Part shown: piece by piece, positions 1-11,678 of the stretch
Numbering within the stretch: position 1 is the stretch's first letter
How the letters are laid out: every line of letters starts with the position of its first letter
Source of the DNA: an uncultured Verrucomicrobiota bacterium
GTDB taxonomy: Bacteria; Verrucomicrobiota; Kiritimatiellia; JAAZAB01
Length of the DNA: 64,000 nt
Assembly (NCBI GenBank): GCA_964491945.1
Contig: CAZBHO010000008.1
Location: 471 to 64,470 of the forward strand
Direction of reading: 5' to 3'
Made by a program: the position numbers and the translations under genes
Notes under the pieces: generated by a model
What the model was told of the DNA's origin: nothing
Database searches by the model: none
What the model saw: the letters and a program-made list of their open reading frames with translations, nothing else

Positions 1-154
1 CTTAACCAATGCAAATTCCTATTAACAACTTTCTATAGGGAGAGATGTTTTAACGAGACGGATAGCAGAAAGCTGTACGAAAAAATGTGGTATTTACGCT
101 TATTTATAGTAAGAGCTATTAGGAATTCTTTTATTCTTATATGATTGATAAATT

Positions 155-3100
155 ATGAATAAAAAGGCTCTAATTTATTTATCTAAATGGCTGTTAATTT
201 TAAAAGGAATAGGCTCGTATAGAAACTATTTTAATATTCTTTTTGCCTTTTTATGGCTTAATACGACTTTTGCTGTTCCTTTGCATAAAGCCGACGTTGA
301 TGAGCGGGATAAACAGACTGATGCTTCCAGTTCAGAACTGGCGCAACCATCGGATATTAGGGCAAGTGATGGGGAAATGGCAGGAAAAATTATTGTAAAG
401 TGGAGCGCTGTCCAATTTGCAAAAACCTATGAAGTGTGGCGTGCCGATAGCAATTTGTTAGCCTCTGCCGTTAAAATTGCTGACACAACAGCATCACAGC
501 ATTCTGATACGAATGTTTTAAAAAACCACACCTACTATTACTGGGTAAGAGCCATCAAAGATGAGTTTATGAGTATGTTTGGAGGTCCAGATTCAGGCTA
601 CACTAAACCTGATGCTCCGCAAAATGTGGCTGCTTCTGATGGGGAAAGCCCTGATTACATTACGGTGAGATGGAATCATTTTGATGACAACACCTCTTAT
701 GAGATATGGCGCGGTACAAATTCAAATTTTAAAGATGCAAAAAAGATAGGGATGTCAAAAGATTTGTTTTTTATTGATAAAACGGCAGATGCTGGAGTTA
801 TCTACTATTATTTTGTGAGAGCATCTTCAAAGCTTGGTGTTTCGGATTATAGCGAGCCAGATATAGGTTATACATTAAGTCCTCCGCTTCCTCCACAGGG
901 AGTGCGGGCAACTTCTGGAGCTTTTGCTGATAGAATTATTATCGAGTGGCTTACAGCCACTAATGCGCTTTATTACACAGTATGGCGTGGAACGAACAAA
1001 AATTCTCTTTTGATGCTCGCAACGGTTGCGCAGCCTCCATATGAAGATTCACAGGTAAGAGAAGACGTTACTTATCATTATTCAGTAAGAGCCGTTAACC
1101 TTGCAGGGTCAAGTCTTGATTCAAAAATTGTTTCTGCTTCCTGCTCAAAAGCTGCTGGATTGCTTCCTGCGCCTTCCGGTTTCTCTTATGCATTTTCAGC
1201 AAAAGACATGTCTTTAAAGTTGAAATGGAATTCAATTGATGGTGCAAAAGGCTATTCCATAAGGAAAGGTGAACGCAATTCTTTTCCCTACGCCACAAAC
1301 TTAATATCAGTTGGAAAAAATTCTTTTTATCAGGATAAAGCTGTGGAAGCAGGAAAAGAGTATTTTTATTGGATTGCTTCTGTGAATAGTTCTGGCACAG
1401 GTTTTTATAGTTCGGTTTTATCTGTGGCAATTCCGCCGGCAGTTCCACAAGAACTTAAGGCGAGCAAGGGCGATTTTATGAATGTTATATCACTACGCTG
1501 GCAGAAAGTAAGAAATGCTTCATTTTACGAAGTGTGGCGAGCAGATGAAGCGAATTTTACAAAGGCTCAAAAAATAGGCACATCAATTGCCACATATTAT
1601 GAAGATTATTCCGTGAAGCCAGGTGATAGTTTCTTTTATTGGGTTAAAGCCAGTGGAAGTGCAGGAGTAAGTGAACCATCAATTGCAGAAGAGGGATTTA
1701 CAGCTATTTCTGCTCCAAGCTGGGTTGATGCCAGTGATGGTGAGCTTAAAGGAAAAGTGCGTGTTCAGTGGGAGCCGGTCATAGGCGCCCAATATTATGA
1801 GGTCTGGCGTTCTGATAACTGGCAGAACTCTTCTGCACAAAGAATTGCGGTGCTGAAAAAGACAGATAATTTCTATTTTGATACAACAGTGCAGCCCGGA
1901 AAATTTTATTATTATTGGATTAAAGCAAAAAGCAAACATAAGTATAGCAACTTTTCTTCTTATGATATTGGTCATTCTCCACCAAAGACGCCATCTGTTA
2001 GTTCTATTCCTTCAAGAGTGTTCATTGCTCCAGTTGGAGTTAATGCCAGTGATGGACTCTATGCTGATTCTATAACAATTGTTTGGCAACCAGCTTACTA
2101 TGCAAAAAAGTATGAAGTCTTACGGAGTGAGACCGATAATTTAAATTCTGCTATTCGCATAGCCACAGTGAGCGCCAGAAGTTTTGCTGATTTTGCTATA
2201 GAGCCGGGTGTATGTTATTTTTACTGGGTTCGTGCCTTGAATGTTAAAGGGGAGGCCAGAGTGAGCTCTTGCGATGCGGGCTTTGCCACATTACCAGTGC
2301 CATCAGATTGCGTTGGGAATTCCTATGATGGAGGAGTGCTCTTGAAATGGAAGGGTGTTAAAAATGCTGATTTATATGAAATATGGCGTTCAAAAGGTTT
2401 TTCTATAAGCAGTGCAGAAAAAATTACAGAGCTTTTTGCTTCTTTCTATCAGGACAATGCGGCGGAGACTGGGGTGCGATATTACTATTGGATAAGGGCA
2501 AAAAACGCATTATGCAAGAGCGCATTCTCTGCGGCTCTTCCAATTATTACCCCACTAGGCAAGCCTGCCTCTATTAAAACATCTTATGGGGACTATTCGG
2601 ATAAGATAATGATTTATTGGTTGCCTGTCAGCAATGCGGTTTCTTATGATGTGATGCGTAGCTTAACTAAAGATATAACAAATGCGGCTATTATAGGCAC
2701 GGCAAATTCCACTAGTTTTTATGATAAAAGCGTGGAAGCTGGAGTGCGGTATTACTATTGGATAAGGGCAAAAAACCAAATTGCAAGTTCACCTGTTAGT
2801 GATGTTTCTATCGGTATGAAACGGTTTAGCGCCCCAAAAAATTTTTCGGTGAGCAAAGGCACTGATAGCAACGGGATTTATCTTGTCTGGAATGCGGTAT
2901 CAAATGCGGATGGCTATTTTGTTGTGCGTGCATTAACTAACGATGTATCGATGATAGATAGTGTTTTTTCTACTTCCAATACAAATATGCTTGATACAAC
3001 AGTGTTAGCTGGTCAAGCGTATGCTTATTGGATTTTTGCTACAAATAGTATTTGTGTGGGTGAGAGTAGCTTAACCAATATAGGTTTCAGAAGTTTGCCT

Positions 3101-4381
3101 GCTCCTGTTATTTATGAGTGTAGCGGCGGAGTTTATACAGATTGTGTGCGATTAAGCTGGGGAGCAATTTCAAATGCGGAGCTATACGAGGTGTGGCGCG
3201 CACAAACGAATATGCTTTCTAAAGCAAACAAAATTGCTGTTTTAAAAGAGACGGCTGGCAATGACTTTTCGGTCATTGCTGGTGCCCCCTACTATTACTG
3301 GGTGAGAGCAAGCAATTCGGTAGGCTATGGAATGTTTAGCTCAGCTGTATTGGGCTATAAGCTATTATCACCACCGAACAACATTACTGCTAGCGATGGC
3401 ACATATATTGACAGGGTGGAAATCAAGTGGAACGCTGTGGAAGGCGCAACCGCTTATGAGGTTTGGCGTGCTCCTTTCTCGGAAGAAGATACAAATTTCA
3501 ATTTGCTTGTTGTGGTGAAGTTGCCCTCATACTATGATACTAATTGCCTGCCTTTTATCACAAACTCCTATTTTGTCAGAGCCGTTTCTGCGCTATGTAA
3601 GAGCAGGTGTAGCCCCATTGAGAGAGGATTTTGCTCCCCTGCCACAAGTTTGCCTGCGGCGCCATCTTTTATATCTGCAAGCGATGGCGCTTATTTTGAT
3701 AAAATTTCTATAACATGGAATGCGGTAAGAGATGCAAGTTCTTATAGGATTTATCGTAGCGATAAATTCCAGCAAATCATTTCTTTAATTGCAATTGTTA
3801 ATGGGAATGAAACTTCTTTTGATGATTTTTCTTGTGAGCCAGCCCTTCCATATTTGTATTATATTGCCTCATGCAACAATGTTGGTGTGGGACTTTTAAG
3901 CAAACCAGATGAAGGATACAGGGCAGGAAATGGTGCGCCGGCTTCAGAAGTAAAGAGTTTCACTCAGGTTAATAACTTAAACAACCTTGACTTTGATGGC
4001 GATGGAGTTAGTGAGCTGGTTTGTTTCAATAAGAATTCTGGTGAACTAATTATACGCTCGTTTTCTTCTTCTTGGGCGGCTGTTATTCCTGTGGGCATTA
4101 GAGGCAGAGACTTTGTGATTTTACCGGGAGATTATGATGGTGATGGCAGAAACGATATTGCTCTTTACGAACAGGAAAGCGGGGAATGGCATATTTTATT
4201 TTCACCTATGGATGGCGTTGAGAATAGCGTTAATTTTAAATGGGGGGGAAATGGCTTCATTGTGGTGCCACCAGCAGATTTTGATGGTGATGGCGTTAAC
4301 GAAATAGCTCTTTATGAGCTGCAAACAGAAAGGTGGTATATAAAGAAAATGGATGGCACGATGTGGATAGGAGGAGATTGA
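155..4381 (+). CDS. Giant secreted/surface repeat protein: 13 tandem FN3-like ~93-aa modules followed by C-terminal FG-GAP/VCBS-like DxDGDG repeats
   Basis: 1408-aa ORF with a hydrophobic N-terminus (NILFAFLWLNTTFA). A unit with the signature 'SDGxx.D.I.I.W..V..A..YEVWRA....A.KIA.....Y.D......YYYWVRA' recurs 13 times; W in strand B and Y.Y.V.A in strand F are consistent with a fibronectin-III fold. The C-terminus carries DFDGDGVSELV, DYDGDGRNDIALYE and DFDGDGVNEIALYE, typical of FG-GAP/integrin-alpha-type blades. Confidence 0.7.
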   Translation: MNKKALIYLSKWLLILKGIGSYRNYFNILFAFLWLNTTFAVPLHKADVDERDKQTDASSSELAQPSDIRASDGEMAGKIIVKWSAVQFAKTYEVWRADSNLLASAVKIADTTASQHSDTNVLKNHTYYYWVRAIKDEFMSMFGGPDSGYTKPDAPQNVAASDGESPDYITVRWNHFDDNTSYEIWRGTNSNFKDAKKIGMSKDLFFIDKTADAGVIYYYFVRASSKLGVSDYSEPDIGYTLSPPLPPQGVRATSGAFADRIIIEWLTATNALYYTVWRGTNKNSLLMLATVAQPPYEDSQVREDVTYHYSVRAVNLAGSSLDSKIVSASCSKAAGLLPAPSGFSYAFSAKDMSLKLKWNSIDGAKGYSIRKGERNSFPYATNLISVGKNSFYQDKAVEAGKEYFYWIASVNSSGTGFYSSVLSVAIPPAVPQELKASKGDFMNVISLRWQKVRNASFYEVWRADEANFTKAQKIGTSIATYYEDYSVKPGDSFFYWVKASGSAGVSEPSIAEEGFTAISAPSWVDASDGELKGKVRVQWEPVIGAQYYEVWRSDNWQNSSAQRIAVLKKTDNFYFDTTVQPGKFYYYWIKAKSKHKYSNFSSYDIGHSPPKTPSVSSIPSRVFIAPVGVNASDGLYADSITIVWQPAYYAKKYEVLRSETDNLNSAIRIATVSARSFADFAIEPGVCYFYWVRALNVKGEARVSSCDAGFATLPVPSDCVGNSYDGGVLLKWKGVKNADLYEIWRSKGFSISSAEKITELFASFYQDNAAETGVRYYYWIRAKNALCKSAFSAALPIITPLGKPASIKTSYGDYSDKIMIYWLPVSNAVSYDVMRSLTKDITNAAIIGTANSTSFYDKSVEAGVRYYYWIRAKNQIASSPVSDVSIGMKRFSAPKNFSVSKGTDSNGIYLVWNAVSNADGYFVVRALTNDVSMIDSVFSTSNTNMLDTTVLAGQAYAYWIFATNSICVGESSLTNIGFRSLPAPVIYECSGGVYTDCVRLSWGAISNAELYEVWRAQTNMLSKANKIAVLKETAGNDFSVIAGAPYYYWVRASNSVGYGMFSSAVLGYKLLSPPNNITASDGTYIDRVEIKWNAVEGATAYEVWRAPFSEEDTNFNLLVVVKLPSYYDTNCLPFITNSYFVRAVSALCKSRCSPIERGFCSPATSLPAAPSFISASDGAYFDKISITWNAVRDASSYRIYRSDKFQQIISLIAIVNGNETSFDDFSCEPALPYLYYIASCNNVGVGLLSKPDEGYRAGNGAPASEVKSFTQVNNLNNLDFDGDGVSELVCFNKNSGELIIRSFSSSWAAVIPVGIRGRDFVILPGDYDGDGRNDIALYEQESGEWHILFSPMDGVENSVNFKWGGNGFIVVPPADFDGDGVNEIALYELQTERWYIKKMDGTMWIGGD
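400..3800. repeat. Intragenic tandem repeat array (about 280-nt unit, 13 copies, diverged) encoding the FN3-like modules
   Basis: Periodic recurrence of the YEVWR / YYYWVRA-encoding units. Near-identical 33-nt segments occur at 2474-2506 and 2751-2783 (32/33 identical). Confidence 0.6.
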
Positions 4382-4391
4382 TTTTTTACTG

Positions 4392-5267
4392 CTAAAGGAG
4401 AGCCATTAAAATTTCTGACTTTGATGCTTCTTCTTTGGCTTGTTCAATTATGTCTACAATATCATAGAGGGTAAGACCGAGCTTTTTCCATGTTTCTTCA
4501 TAGAGGGCAGGTGCAATTAGATCGCCACCATCCCCTATTTTTTGCTGATTGCATATATAGTTTGCGCTATGACATAAGAGGACAAGGCTTCTATATTCTA
4601 TATCTGCTCCGATAGGATTATGATGGAACATTATGGCAGCAATAATTTCAGCTGGTAGGTTCCATTTTTCAGCAAGCCAGGCTCCGACTTCTGAATGAGT
4701 TGTCCCCAGCACTTCAAATTCAGCGTTGCTTAAAGAGCATTTCTTTTCTTCACGTATGCGCAAAGCTTTAATGAATTCTGCGTGGAAGTGTTGATCTAGC
4801 ACAATTTTTCCAATATCGTGGACCAATCCGACCAAATGGAACAGGTCTTTTGAGTAAGCCTTACTAATATGATTTTTACAGAACTCATAAAGCACACTGG
4901 AAACTATTCCTGTGGAAATGCAATGTTTCCAGAATTCTTCTCTATTAAAATCACCTTCTCCTGCATCATGTCCAAAGCTTGAAAACACTGCTGTGGTAAG
5001 AGCAATGTTATTAACTGCATTCCAGCCGAGCCGAGCAATAGCAAGTTCAAGAGAATTGATTGGTTCTCTGCCTGCATAGAGAGGAGAATTAACCACTCTT
5101 AAGATTCTTGCAACCATAGGGGGGTCATCTTCAATTATCCGGGCAAGCCGCCTGGCATCCGATTGTGGGTCTTTCATAATTTGTCGTGCTTTTTCAAGGA
5201 CAACAGGGAGAGTAGGAAGATTCCTTATAGTTTCCAGCCTTAACTTAATTTCGGATGCTATATCCAT
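4392..5267 (-). CDS. HDOD-domain signalling protein (HD-related output domain)
   Basis: 291 aa with an 'HDIGKIVL' HD-like motif and HDOD-like architecture. It converges on the giant gene with a 10-bp gap. Confidence 0.65.
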   Translation of the reverse strand: MDIASEIKLRLETIRNLPTLPVVLEKARQIMKDPQSDARRLARIIEDDPPMVARILRVVNSPLYAGREPINSLELAIARLGWNAVNNIALTTAVFSSFGHDAGEGDFNREEFWKHCISTGIVSSVLYEFCKNHISKAYSKDLFHLVGLVHDIGKIVLDQHFHAEFIKALRIREEKKCSLSNAEFEVLGTTHSEVGAWLAEKWNLPAEIIAAIMFHHNPIGADIEYRSLVLLCHSANYICNQQKIGDGGDLIAPALYEETWKKLGLTLYDIVDIIEQAKEEASKSEILMALL

Positions 5268-5345
5268 CTTCGCACAAAAAATGATTTGCTTTTTTCTTGA
5301 ATAATTGCTATTTTCTCAATATATCAAGTCGTAAGAGATATATAT

Positions 5346-7796
5346 ATGGAAGAGAATGAACTAACACAAGCTTTTATTTCAGAAAGTTTAGAGATGCTGG
5401 ATGATGCCGAGCCAAAGATAGTGGCTCTGCAAGGTAGCGAGGGCACTGCTGTTCCTCTTGAAACCATCAATGCAATTTTCCGCCTATTTCATTCAATAAA
5501 AGGTAGCGCTGGCTTTCTGAATTTTAGCCAGATCACTTCCGTAACTCACGAGGCAGAAACTTTTTTGGATATGTTGCGCAAGGGGAAAACCACATTAAAA
5601 CCCGGTGATGTTGATGCGTTGTGCAGAGCGAGCGATTTATTAAGAAAGTTAATTGAGGAAGTGGCACAAACAGGAATTGATAGTGGTTATGATGCAGAGG
5701 CAAAAGAGGTGGTGGCGCTATTGAAAGAAGCTTGTTCAAAACCTGCCACTTCAAAAAGCAGTTCATCCATTGAGAACAAACCTAATTCTGACGTTGTGGG
5801 ATCAGCCAAAAATATGAATTCTAATAAAGAAAACGAAACTAAATCCGTTGAAACAATGAGTGATTCAGAAAAGGCTGATATGCTTATTGCAGAAGAGCCT
5901 GCTGTAAGCTCTGAAACAAAAATTGAAGAGGCAAAGCCTGATGTAAATGCATCTGCATCTTTTGGCGACAAAGTTCCACAAGCTATGAAAGCCGTCATCA
6001 CTCCTGATATGGCAAATTTATTTGTTCAGGAAGCTGATGAAGTGCTGGAAAATGCTGAGCAGGCACTTATTCAGGTTGAGGCAGATCCTGCAAATCTTGA
6101 TGCCATTCACAATGCCTTCCGCAATATACACACTTTCAAGGGAAATTGTGGTTTGCTGGAACTGCGCGATCTACAGAGGTTAAGCCATAAAGCGGAAACC
6201 GTGCTTGATGGAATGCGCAATCAAATTATAAAACCTGAAAAAGATATTATCAAAATTTTGCTAACTATAGTGGATATTTTCAAAAAGACTGTGGTAGAAG
6301 TTGGGCAGGGTGGAACAGGTGAAATAACAGGTTTTCTCGGTTTAAGCGATATGCTGGAAGAAATAATATCAGCCCATTCATTAGGGCAGGAAAGATCTGA
6401 TGCAGTTCCATTAAGCGAAAAACAAACTTCTATAGAAAAGCCAAAAGAGCAAGAAGCAAAAGTGGTAATCAAAGAGGAGGCTCACTCGGTACAGCAGAAA
6501 GAAGAGGAAAAAGGTGTTCTTTCGTTATCCAATACAAAAGAAGAAAGCTCTGTAAAAAGTAAGAGCGTTCAACAAGGGGGAATGACTGCGGCGGCGGCAT
6601 CACCTGCTGGACCTGCGGCTATGCTTAAGCGTGATATCAGGGTTAACGTTGATAAACTTGAACATCTTAATGACCTCATTGGTGAGCTGGTTATAGCAGA
6701 GGCAATGGTTACGCATAATCCAGATGTTCTGAAGTTGCGTTCACAATCTTTTGAAAGGGCAGCTCATCAGCTTGCGTTAATAACAAATGAATTGCAGGAT
6801 CTTTCAATGTCTTTGCGTATGATCCCTGTTGAAGCCACTTTCAAGAAGATGGTGAGATTGGTGCATGATCTTTCAAGTAAATTTGGCAAAAAGGTTAACT
6901 TGCAGTTGCTTGGTGTTGAAACGGAAATTGACAGGAATGTGGCAGAGCTCATTTCAGATCCGCTTGTACATATGGTAAGAAATTCAGTTGATCACGGAAT
7001 AGAAAAGCCTGAAGAAAGAAGGACAGCAGGGAAACCTGAAGTTGGCTCTTTGATTATAGAGGCAAAACATCAAGCTGGAGAAGTGTTGATAATAGTAACC
7101 GATGATGGACGTGGGCTTGATAAGGATAAAATTCTTAAAAAGGGCATTGAAAAAGGATTGGTTAAACCTGGCGCTTCCCTGAAAGATGAGGAAATATATC
7201 AACTCATTTTTGAGCCGGGTTTCTCAACGGCTGATAAAATTACTGACATTTCAGGTAGAGGTGTTGGGATGGATGTGGTGAAGAAAAACATAGAAAAAGC
7301 GCGAGGCAGAGTTGATATAAAGACAGAAAAAGGCAAAGGCACTTCCTTTATAATCCATATTCCTTTGACACTAGCCATTATTCAGGGAATGCTGGTGAAA
7401 CTTGGAAACAGCAGATTTATTATCCCGCTTTTATCAATCAGGGAATCTTTAAGACCAACCGCCGATATGATAAAGACAGTTGTGGGCAAAGGTGAACTTA
7501 TTTCCATTCGTGGTGACTTGCTCCCTTTATTTAGGCTAGCAAAGCTATTTGAGATTCCTGATGCAATAACAGATCCAACACAGGGAATAGTTGTTGTGGT
7601 GGAAGATGGCTTTAAAAGCGCAGCTCTTGTTGCAGATGATTTGTTAGGGCAACAACAAACCGTTGTTAAAAGTCTAGGTGAAGCATTCGGACATATGCTC
7701 GGAATCACGGGTGCTTCTATCCTCTCTGATGGGAAGGTTGGACTCATTCTGGATATAGCCGGAATAGTTAGACTTGCCACAGGTCAGATGCAGTAA
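5346..7796 (+). CDS. cheA: Chemotaxis histidine kinase CheA with two Hpt (P1) domains
   Basis: 816 aa. Two Hpt motifs (FHSIKGSAGFL and IHTFKGNCGLLEL), low-complexity linkers, a dimerisation region, a HATPase_c region (DDGRGLD, GRGVGMD) and a C-terminal CheW-like P5 domain. Confidence 0.9.
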   Translation: MEENELTQAFISESLEMLDDAEPKIVALQGSEGTAVPLETINAIFRLFHSIKGSAGFLNFSQITSVTHEAETFLDMLRKGKTTLKPGDVDALCRASDLLRKLIEEVAQTGIDSGYDAEAKEVVALLKEACSKPATSKSSSSIENKPNSDVVGSAKNMNSNKENETKSVETMSDSEKADMLIAEEPAVSSETKIEEAKPDVNASASFGDKVPQAMKAVITPDMANLFVQEADEVLENAEQALIQVEADPANLDAIHNAFRNIHTFKGNCGLLELRDLQRLSHKAETVLDGMRNQIIKPEKDIIKILLTIVDIFKKTVVEVGQGGTGEITGFLGLSDMLEEIISAHSLGQERSDAVPLSEKQTSIEKPKEQEAKVVIKEEAHSVQQKEEEKGVLSLSNTKEESSVKSKSVQQGGMTAAAASPAGPAAMLKRDIRVNVDKLEHLNDLIGELVIAEAMVTHNPDVLKLRSQSFERAAHQLALITNELQDLSMSLRMIPVEATFKKMVRLVHDLSSKFGKKVNLQLLGVETEIDRNVAELISDPLVHMVRNSVDHGIEKPEERRTAGKPEVGSLIIEAKHQAGEVLIIVTDDGRGLDKDKILKKGIEKGLVKPGASLKDEEIYQLIFEPGFSTADKITDISGRGVGMDVVKKNIEKARGRVDIKTEKGKGTSFIIHIPLTLAIIQGMLVKLGNSRFIIPLLSIRESLRPTADMIKTVVGKGELISIRGDLLPLFRLAKLFEIPDAITDPTQGIVVVVEDGFKSAALVADDLLGQQQTVVKSLGEAFGHMLGITGASILSDGKVGLILDIAGIVRLATGQMQ

Positions 7797-7825
7797 AAAC
7801 AAAAACGATAAATAAGGAGAAAACT

Positions 7826-8335
7826 ATGAATGCACAAGCAAATCAGCAAACTCAACAACAGAACACGGCAACAGTGCTGGCAGGAAAATATCTGACATTC
7901 AGACTCGCTGAAGAAGAATATGGAATAGAAATTCTTAAAGTTCAGGAAATTATTAAGATGATGGATATTACAAAGGTGCCACGTATGCCAGATTTCGTGC
8001 GTGGCGTAATTAACCTTCGCGGTAAAGTTATCCCCGTTGTTGATTTAAGACTTAAATTTGGGATGGAAGCCAAAGAGACTACAGAGAAAACCTGTGTTGT
8101 GGTTGTGCAGTTGCAGGGCACGGTTTCCAAAATAACGATGGGGGCTATAGTTGACGAGGTTTCTGAAGTGCTTGATATTTCTGCCGATCAGATAGAGCCA
8201 CCGCCTGAGTTTGGGACCAGCGTTGATACGGCTTTCATTCTTGGTATGGGCAAGGTGGGCAAGAAAGTCATTATGTTGCTTGATGTGGATAAGGTGCTTT
8301 CTACAAAGGAAATAGCGGCATTATCTAGTATGTAG
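7826..8335 (+). CDS. cheW: Chemotaxis coupling protein CheW
   Basis: 169 aa with a CheW-like domain (LTFRLAEEEYGIEILKVQEI...VINLRGKVIPVVDLR). RBS AAGGAG upstream. Confidence 0.85.
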   Translation: MNAQANQQTQQQNTATVLAGKYLTFRLAEEEYGIEILKVQEIIKMMDITKVPRMPDFVRGVINLRGKVIPVVDLRLKFGMEAKETTEKTCVVVVQLQGTVSKITMGAIVDEVSEVLDISADQIEPPPEFGTSVDTAFILGMGKVGKKVIMLLDVDKVLSTKEIAALSSM

Positions 8336-8352
8336 AATAGTTAAAATTTTTT

Positions 8353-8832
8353 ATGAGCCAAATTGTGGTTGGTATTGCCGAGATGGCAATATCAGATAAT
8401 CCTGAAGATGTTATCGTTACTTATTCGTTGGGGTCTTGTATCGGAGTAACGGTGTATGATCCTGTCTTACGAATTGGTGGGATGATACATTGTATGCTGC
8501 CTTTATCAAAGGTTGATGAAGAGAAAGCTAAAACCACTCCATGTATGTTTGTTGATACTGGAATTCCGCTGCTACTTACCGAATTATTTAAAATGGGTGT
8601 ACAGAAGAGCAGAGCCATCATTAAAGTGGCTGGTGGCGCAAATGTGCTGGATACGCAGGACCTTTTCAAAATAGGTGAACGCAACTACACTATTTTGCGC
8701 AAAATACTTTGGAAAAACAACATGCTAATAGCAGCAGAGCATGTTGGTGGAAACGTCTCAAGAACAATTAAACTTGAGATAGCAACAGGAAGGTTCTGGT
8801 TAAGAATAGCAGGGGTGGAAAAAGAATTATGA
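8353..8832 (+). CDS. cheD: Chemoreceptor glutamine deamidase CheD
   Basis: 159 aa; the N-terminus (GIAEMAIS....VIVTYSLGSCIGVTVYDP) has the conserved CheD Cys. Confidence 0.8.
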   Translation: MSQIVVGIAEMAISDNPEDVIVTYSLGSCIGVTVYDPVLRIGGMIHCMLPLSKVDEEKAKTTPCMFVDTGIPLLLTELFKMGVQKSRAIIKVAGGANVLDTQDLFKIGERNYTILRKILWKNNMLIAAEHVGGNVSRTIKLEIATGRFWLRIAGVEKEL

Positions 8833-9707
8833 ATACATTAGAAGCAATCAAAAAACGTATAGATTCTTATATAAAAATGCCAGCATTATCTTCTGACCTT
8901 TTGCAAGGAATACAAAATCCTGATGCAGATTTTCAGAAACTTGCCCAAAAGCTGCAATATGATCCCGGAACCACTGCCAACATATTAAAGTTGGCAAACT
9001 CCGCTTATTTTGGTGCTCCACAAAGTATTACCTCACTACGTGCTGCTTTTGTAAGGCTCGGCACAAAAAATATCTTCCAGCTGCTTGTTGCGCAGGGTAT
9101 GGCAGACACTTTGAAAGCGCCTTTAAAAGGATACGATCTGCAGCCTTATGAGTTTATGCATCACTCTGTTATGGTGGCTGTGGCAAGTGAAGAGATAGGT
9201 AAAATGCTTAAAATAAATACATCAGATATTATTTTCACTGCGGGACTGCTTCATGATATTGGAAAAATTATTCTTGATGATTTTATTGCAAAAGAGAGTG
9301 AGAAAGTTTCAAAAGCTATGCTTGAACTCAAACTTGATACCTGCACTGCTGAAGAGAAAACATTAGGAATAAATCATGCCGAAACTGGCGCAAGAGTTTT
9401 AGAAAAATGGCTGTTTCCAAAAGAACTGATAGAAGTAGCCCGCTTTCATCACCATCCTCATTATGCCAGCAACGAATTTTCGAAAAGCGTCAATATAGTG
9501 CACCTTGCCAATACTCTTGCTCATTCTATAGGAATTGGTGCTGGCAGAGCCGCTGCCCAATATACGCCTGATATGGAAGTAATGAAAGGATTGAAAATTA
9601 CCACCCCTATGCTGGAATATGTGGCAAGTCAATCGCTTTTAAAGATGAAAGAATTGAGCGATATCCTGGGCACAACTTCTAAAGCGAAACCAAAAAGAGG
9701 AGGTTAA
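8829..9707 (+). CDS. HDOD-domain signalling protein (second copy, inside the che operon)
   Basis: 292 aa with 'GLLHDIGKIILD' and a second His cluster 'ARFHHHPHY'. Overlaps cheD by 4 nt. Confidence 0.65.
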   Translation: MNTLEAIKKRIDSYIKMPALSSDLLQGIQNPDADFQKLAQKLQYDPGTTANILKLANSAYFGAPQSITSLRAAFVRLGTKNIFQLLVAQGMADTLKAPLKGYDLQPYEFMHHSVMVAVASEEIGKMLKINTSDIIFTAGLLHDIGKIILDDFIAKESEKVSKAMLELKLDTCTAEEKTLGINHAETGARVLEKWLFPKELIEVARFHHHPHYASNEFSKSVNIVHLANTLAHSIGIGAGRAAAQYTPDMEVMKGLKITTPMLEYVASQSLLKMKELSDILGTTSKAKPKRGG

Positions 9708-9713
9708 AAATTT

Positions 9714-10103
9714 ATGGCGTATAATATACTTATAGTTGATGATTCAAAATTGATGCGGCAGGTTATTGCCAAGACAATTCAAATTTCTGGCGTTGCCGTA
9801 GGCAAAATTTTTGAAGCTGGCAATGGCAAAGAAGCCCTTGCAATACTTTCGCAAAATTGGATAGATATTGTTTTTGCTGATATAAATATGCCAGAGATGA
9901 ATGGTATAGAGCTGGTAAAATCAATGTCAGAAAGTGGCATACTTAAAACTGTCCCGGTGGTGATCGTCTCTACCGAACGCAACATTACAAAAATAACAGA
10001 ACTACGAAACGAAGGTGTTAAAGCTTTTATAAACAAGCCCTTTACTCCTGAAAGCATACGCAATGTTGTCTGTGAAATACTTGGTAGTTCTGGCACAGGC
10101 TAG
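9714..10103 (+). CDS. cheY: CheY-like single-domain response regulator
   Basis: 129 aa receiver: 'ILIVDDS' acidic pocket, phospho-Asp in 'VFADINMPEMNG', conserved T (VIVSTE) and K (FINKP). Confidence 0.8.
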   Translation: MAYNILIVDDSKLMRQVIAKTIQISGVAVGKIFEAGNGKEALAILSQNWIDIVFADINMPEMNGIELVKSMSESGILKTVPVVIVSTERNITKITELRNEGVKAFINKPFTPESIRNVVCEILGSSGTG

Positions 10104-10138
10104 AGATAGTGACGTAAAAAAGAGAGAAAGGCAAAACT

Positions 10139-11651
<1,513 letters not shown>

Positions 11652-11678
11652 ATAACATTAATTGCATTGGCATATTTC

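Noticed and set aside
5533-7780. Several antisense ORFs of 77-132 aa inside cheA (5533-5766, 5687-6001, 6221-6472, 7382-7780)
   Set aside because: They are fully embedded in and opposite to a confidently identified CheA frame, with low-complexity translations and no RBS. These are typical spurious ORFs.
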